Source: Minisyncoccota bacterium
GTDB lineage: Bacteria > Patescibacteriota > Minisyncoccia > Minisyncoccales > Minisyncoccaceae
Length of the DNA stretch: 23,655 nt
Direction of reading: 5' to 3'
Assembly (NCBI GenBank): GCA_041649895.1
Contig: JBAZMG010000006.1
Location: forward strand, 1 to 23,655
The notes below the pieces were generated by a model that saw only the letters and a list, made by a program, of their open reading frames with translations, was not told the origin of the DNA and ran no database searches. The position numbers and the translations under genes were made by a program. Shown in pieces: positions 20,798 to 23,655 of the stretch (positions are counted from its first letter, which is position 1; each line of letters opens with the position of its first letter).

Positions 20798-22912
20798 ATG
20801 GAAACCGAATCATTTGAACTGGATCTGAACGGAAAAACACTAACCGTGGAATTTAACGGCTTGGCCGAAAGAGCCAACGGCTCTGTTTTTGTTAAATACG
20901 GCGACACTGCCGTAATGGCAAACTGCGTCATCGCGAAAAAAGAAATCGAAGGAGCTGATTTTTTCCCTCTAATGGTGTTATACGAAGAAAAATATTACGC
21001 TGTCGGAAAAATATTGGGGTCCCGCTTTATGAAGAGGGAAGGGAGGCCGTCGGAACAATCGGTTCTTACGTCCCGCTTGATCGACCGCGCCATCCGTCCG
21101 CTTTTCCCCTCAAACCTGCATCACGAGGTTCAAGTGGTTATCACTTGCCTTGCCTGGGATCAGGAATCTGATCCGGCCGCGCTAAGCTTGCTTGCCGCCT
21201 CAATAGCGTTGTACTGCTCCGACATTCCTTGGAACGGACCGGTGGCCGCGATAAGGATCGGTGAAAAAGACGGACAAATAATTCCGTTCCCGACAGTAAA
21301 AGAAAGAGAAGAAGGCTCTGTTGATCTTATCGTCTCCGCTTTAAAATCAGAATCGGGAAAAGAAATGCTAATTAATATGATCGAGGCCGGATTAAAAGAA
21401 GCTCCGGAAGAAATAATCCTGAAAGCCATCAATGACACAAAAAATTTACAGCGCGAGCTCATCGACTTCCAGGAAAAAATACGAGCAAAGATCGGAAAAG
21501 AAAAGATGAAAATAAAAGAACACCCGAAAAACGAAGAATTGGAAAAAGAAGTAAAAATATTTTTGGGCGACAAACTGAAAAAAGCGTTATTTGAATCAAA
21601 AGAAGAGGTAGAGATTTTGAAAGACCAATTGGCCGAACATTTGCGCGGAGTAAACGAAGACCCGGAGCAGCTGAGGCAAGGTTTGAACTTTTTTGAGATA
21701 GAAGCCGAAAGGTTAATTCACGAAGGAGCCTTGCGCGAAGGCTTGCGCGCCGACAAACGAAAAATTACTGAGTTGAGATGCATCGGCTGCAACGTGGGAT
21801 TGTTTAAAAGAACTCACGGTTCGGGATTATTTACCCGCGGACAAACAAAAGTTTTGTCTATGCTCACTTTGGGCTCTCCCGGCGACCAAAAAATATTCGA
21901 GGAAATGGAATTGCAAGGAAAGAAAAGATTTATGCACCACTACAACTTTCCTCCCTACAGCGTGGGGGAGACCGGCCCGATGCGCGGACCGGGCAGAAGA
22001 GAGATCGGACATGGTATGCTTGGAGAAAAAGCCTTGCGCCCGATGATACCCTCGGCGGAAGATTTTCCATACACCATCAGGATCGTTTCCGAGGTTTTAT
22101 GCTCCAACGGTTCAAGCTCAATGGCCTCAACCTGCGCCGCTTGCTTGGCGCTGATGGACGCGGGTGTGCCGATCAAAAGGCCTGTTTCAGGAATCGCGAT
22201 GGGGTTAATGATGGAAATTAACAATGAAAAAAGCACGGAAGAAAAAGGATACGCGATCTTGACCGATGTTCAGGGCGAAGAAGACCACTATGGCGATATG
22301 GATTTCAAGGTCGCGGGAACCGATCAAGGTATCACCGCCTTACAAATGGACTTGAAGGTCAGGGGCATCACGGACAAAATAATCAGTGAGGCACTCAAAC
22401 AATCAAAGCCGGCCAGAATGGAAATATTAAAAGAAATGAAAGCCATCCTTCCCGAGCCGAGAAAAGAATTGTCGCCTTACGCCCCGAGAATTTACATTAT
22501 AAAGATCGATCCGGAAAAGATCGGCGAAGTCATCGGCACGGGCGGAAAAATAATCAATGAGATAATTGATGAATGCCACGTCACGATCGATATCGAAGAC
22601 TCGGGCGAAGTTTTTGTGACAGCCGAAAGTGAAGAAGCGGCGCAAAAAGCGATCGAATGGATCAAAAATATCATCAAAGAAGTGGAAGTGGGGGAGACCT
22701 ACGAGGGTGTCGTGAAAAGAATTATGGATTTCGGCGCTTTTGTGGAAATACTTCCGGGACAAGAAGGACTCGTTCACATCTCACAGCTGGACAACAAGCG
22801 TGTTGAAAAAGTTACCGACGTGGTAAAGCTCGGACAAGTCATTCCCGTAAAAGTAATCTCTATTGACGAACAAGGTAGAATTAATCTATCATTAAAGGAA
22901 GCAAGGAAATAA
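20798..22912 (+). CDS. pnp: Polyribonucleotide nucleotidyltransferase (PNPase)
   Basis: 704 aa; two RNase PH-like domains (FFPLMVLYEEKYYAVGKI, FMHHYNFPPYSVGE, HYGDMDFKVAGT), then KH (GKIINEI) and S1 (GVVKRIMDFGAFVEILPGQEGLVHISQL) domains; canonical rpsO-pnp order. Confidence 0.95.
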   Translation: METESFELDLNGKTLTVEFNGLAERANGSVFVKYGDTAVMANCVIAKKEIEGADFFPLMVLYEEKYYAVGKILGSRFMKREGRPSEQSVLTSRLIDRAIRPLFPSNLHHEVQVVITCLAWDQESDPAALSLLAASIALYCSDIPWNGPVAAIRIGEKDGQIIPFPTVKEREEGSVDLIVSALKSESGKEMLINMIEAGLKEAPEEIILKAINDTKNLQRELIDFQEKIRAKIGKEKMKIKEHPKNEELEKEVKIFLGDKLKKALFESKEEVEILKDQLAEHLRGVNEDPEQLRQGLNFFEIEAERLIHEGALREGLRADKRKITELRCIGCNVGLFKRTHGSGLFTRGQTKVLSMLTLGSPGDQKIFEEMELQGKKRFMHHYNFPPYSVGETGPMRGPGRREIGHGMLGEKALRPMIPSAEDFPYTIRIVSEVLCSNGSSSMASTCAACLALMDAGVPIKRPVSGIAMGLMMEINNEKSTEEKGYAILTDVQGEEDHYGDMDFKVAGTDQGITALQMDLKVRGITDKIISEALKQSKPARMEILKEMKAILPEPRKELSPYAPRIYIIKIDPEKIGEVIGTGGKIINEIIDECHVTIDIEDSGEVFVTAESEEAAQKAIEWIKNIIKEVEVGETYEGVVKRIMDFGAFVEILPGQEGLVHISQLDNKRVEKVTDVVKLGQVIPVKVISIDEQGRINLSLKEARK

Positions 22913-22941
22913 AATTTTAAAAATATTTTGAAATTTTCCCT

Positions 22942-23655
22942 ATGGCGGAAAATACTTTAAACATAATTGCCGACAAAATAAGGACGATGAAAAAAGACCT
23001 CGCTTCCCCCGATGTCGGCACTGGCAATGAACCGAAAGAACCCACGCTTGTTCTGCCAAACAAAAAAGATTTTAAAAACATCGGCACTTACAGCAAGGCC
23101 GTGGTGATGCCCCAAAAGATCGGGGAAGTATTCAGCTCAAATAATCCGCCCTCGACCGCGACAACAATGAACCCGCCCGTTTCCGTTAAACCGACCGCGG
23201 AAGAAAAGAAAACGGAAGAAAAACCGCAACCAATCTCGCAAAAACCAAAGGAAGAAAAAAAAGTTGTTCCGTCTTTTGGTTTTAAAGAAGACAAACTGCC
23301 GATAGCAAAAAAAGAGCCCGAGAAAAGCAACGCGTTATTCCAAAAAGAAAAGACTGTCTTTATACCGGAAAACGAACAAAACGCGGACCTGAACATCAGC
23401 TATGGAATGGAAGGAAAAGATTTAGGTACGCCCTACAGAGCGCCAACCCCGGTTCCCGAGCCTCCAATGGCGCCACCAACCTTAAGATTACCGGAAATTG
23501 AACCCGTGCCCGCGCCGCAACCCCTGGAAGAATTGCGAATAGAAGAGCCGGAGGCTGATTTCGCGAATCAGGGAATAGAAAGCCGAAAATTCGAAGAAGA
23601 AGAACAGGAGATCATAATGCCCGGACCGATGCCTTCGAAATTTGAAGAGGAACGA
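22942..23655 (+). CDS. Partial (3'-truncated by window end) Pro/Glu/Lys-rich low-complexity hypothetical protein
   Basis: ATG at 22942; 238 codons open to the window edge (translated manually, no stop). Not in the ORF track because it lacks a stop; the minus ORF 23088-23396 is its shadow. Confidence 0.55.
   Translation, partial: MAENTLNIIADKIRTMKKDLASPDVGTGNEPKEPTLVLPNKKDFKNIGTYSKAVVMPQKIGEVFSSNNPPSTATTMNPPVSVKPTAEEKKTEEKPQPISQKPKEEKKVVPSFGFKEDKLPIAKKEPEKSNALFQKEKTVFIPENEQNADLNISYGMEGKDLGTPYRAPTPVPEPPMAPPTLRLPEIEPVPAPQPLEELRIEEPEADFANQGIESRKFEEEEQEIIMPGPMPSKFEEER

Noticed and set aside
2152-22777. Numerous internal or antisense ORFs of 60-190 aa inside yraN, plsY, the fakA-like gene, the degV genes, the plsY paralogs and pnp (e.g. 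13931-14362, 15953-16513, 17276-17695, 17931-18425, 21160-21573, 22427-22777)
   Set aside because: Each is fully nested in, or antisense to, a longer ORF with clear family motifs, and their products are low-complexity or Arg/Ser-rich. They are treated as non-coding frames.

Overview
AT-rich, compact window in which all supported genes (24 CDS, one frameshifted pseudogene, 4 tRNAs) lie on the + strand. The gene content looks like a Candidate Phyla Radiation / Patescibacteria-type chromosome; that assignment is inference from gene content only. Layout: (1) tRNA-Pro, a 115-bp tandem repeat that re-creates the tRNA 3' end, then tRNA-Val (79-484). (2) A ~1.4-kb ORF-free region with 5 parS-like palindromes and 18 DnaA-box-like 9-mers in two clusters around an AT-rich spacer (660-1950), a candidate replication origin plus centromere. 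(3) yraN and plsY. (4) A GC-rich structured module cluster (3128-3300). (5) Nine tandem paralogous genes (3321-11816), each encoding a type IV pilin-like N-terminus, a LamG/concanavalin-A-like domain and a conserved C-terminal tail. They fall into two alternating subtypes with stereotyped junctions, either a 14-nt overlapping start or a palindromic hairpin. (6) An archaeal-type CDP-archaeol synthase (CarS) homolog, start-stop overlapped (ATGA) with the last pilin gene. (7) A TM-helix-repeat membrane protein. (8) A lipid-salvage block: FakA-like DAK2 protein, two DegV/FakB genes and two divergent PlsY paralogs. (9) A tRNA island with tRNA-Arg, tRNA-Lys, a frameshifted four-helix-bundle gene, a VirB2/TrbC-like pilin gene and several repeat families. 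(10) rpsO-pnp and a partial Pro/Glu/Lys-rich ORF. The two items most worth follow-up are the nine-gene pilin-LamG array and a recurrent GC-rich RNA-like module. The module has covarying stems and invariant linkers, and it occurs next to tRNAs, twice fused to a duplicated tRNA 3' end. No integrase, transposase, reverse transcriptase, CRISPR array or rRNA is visible.
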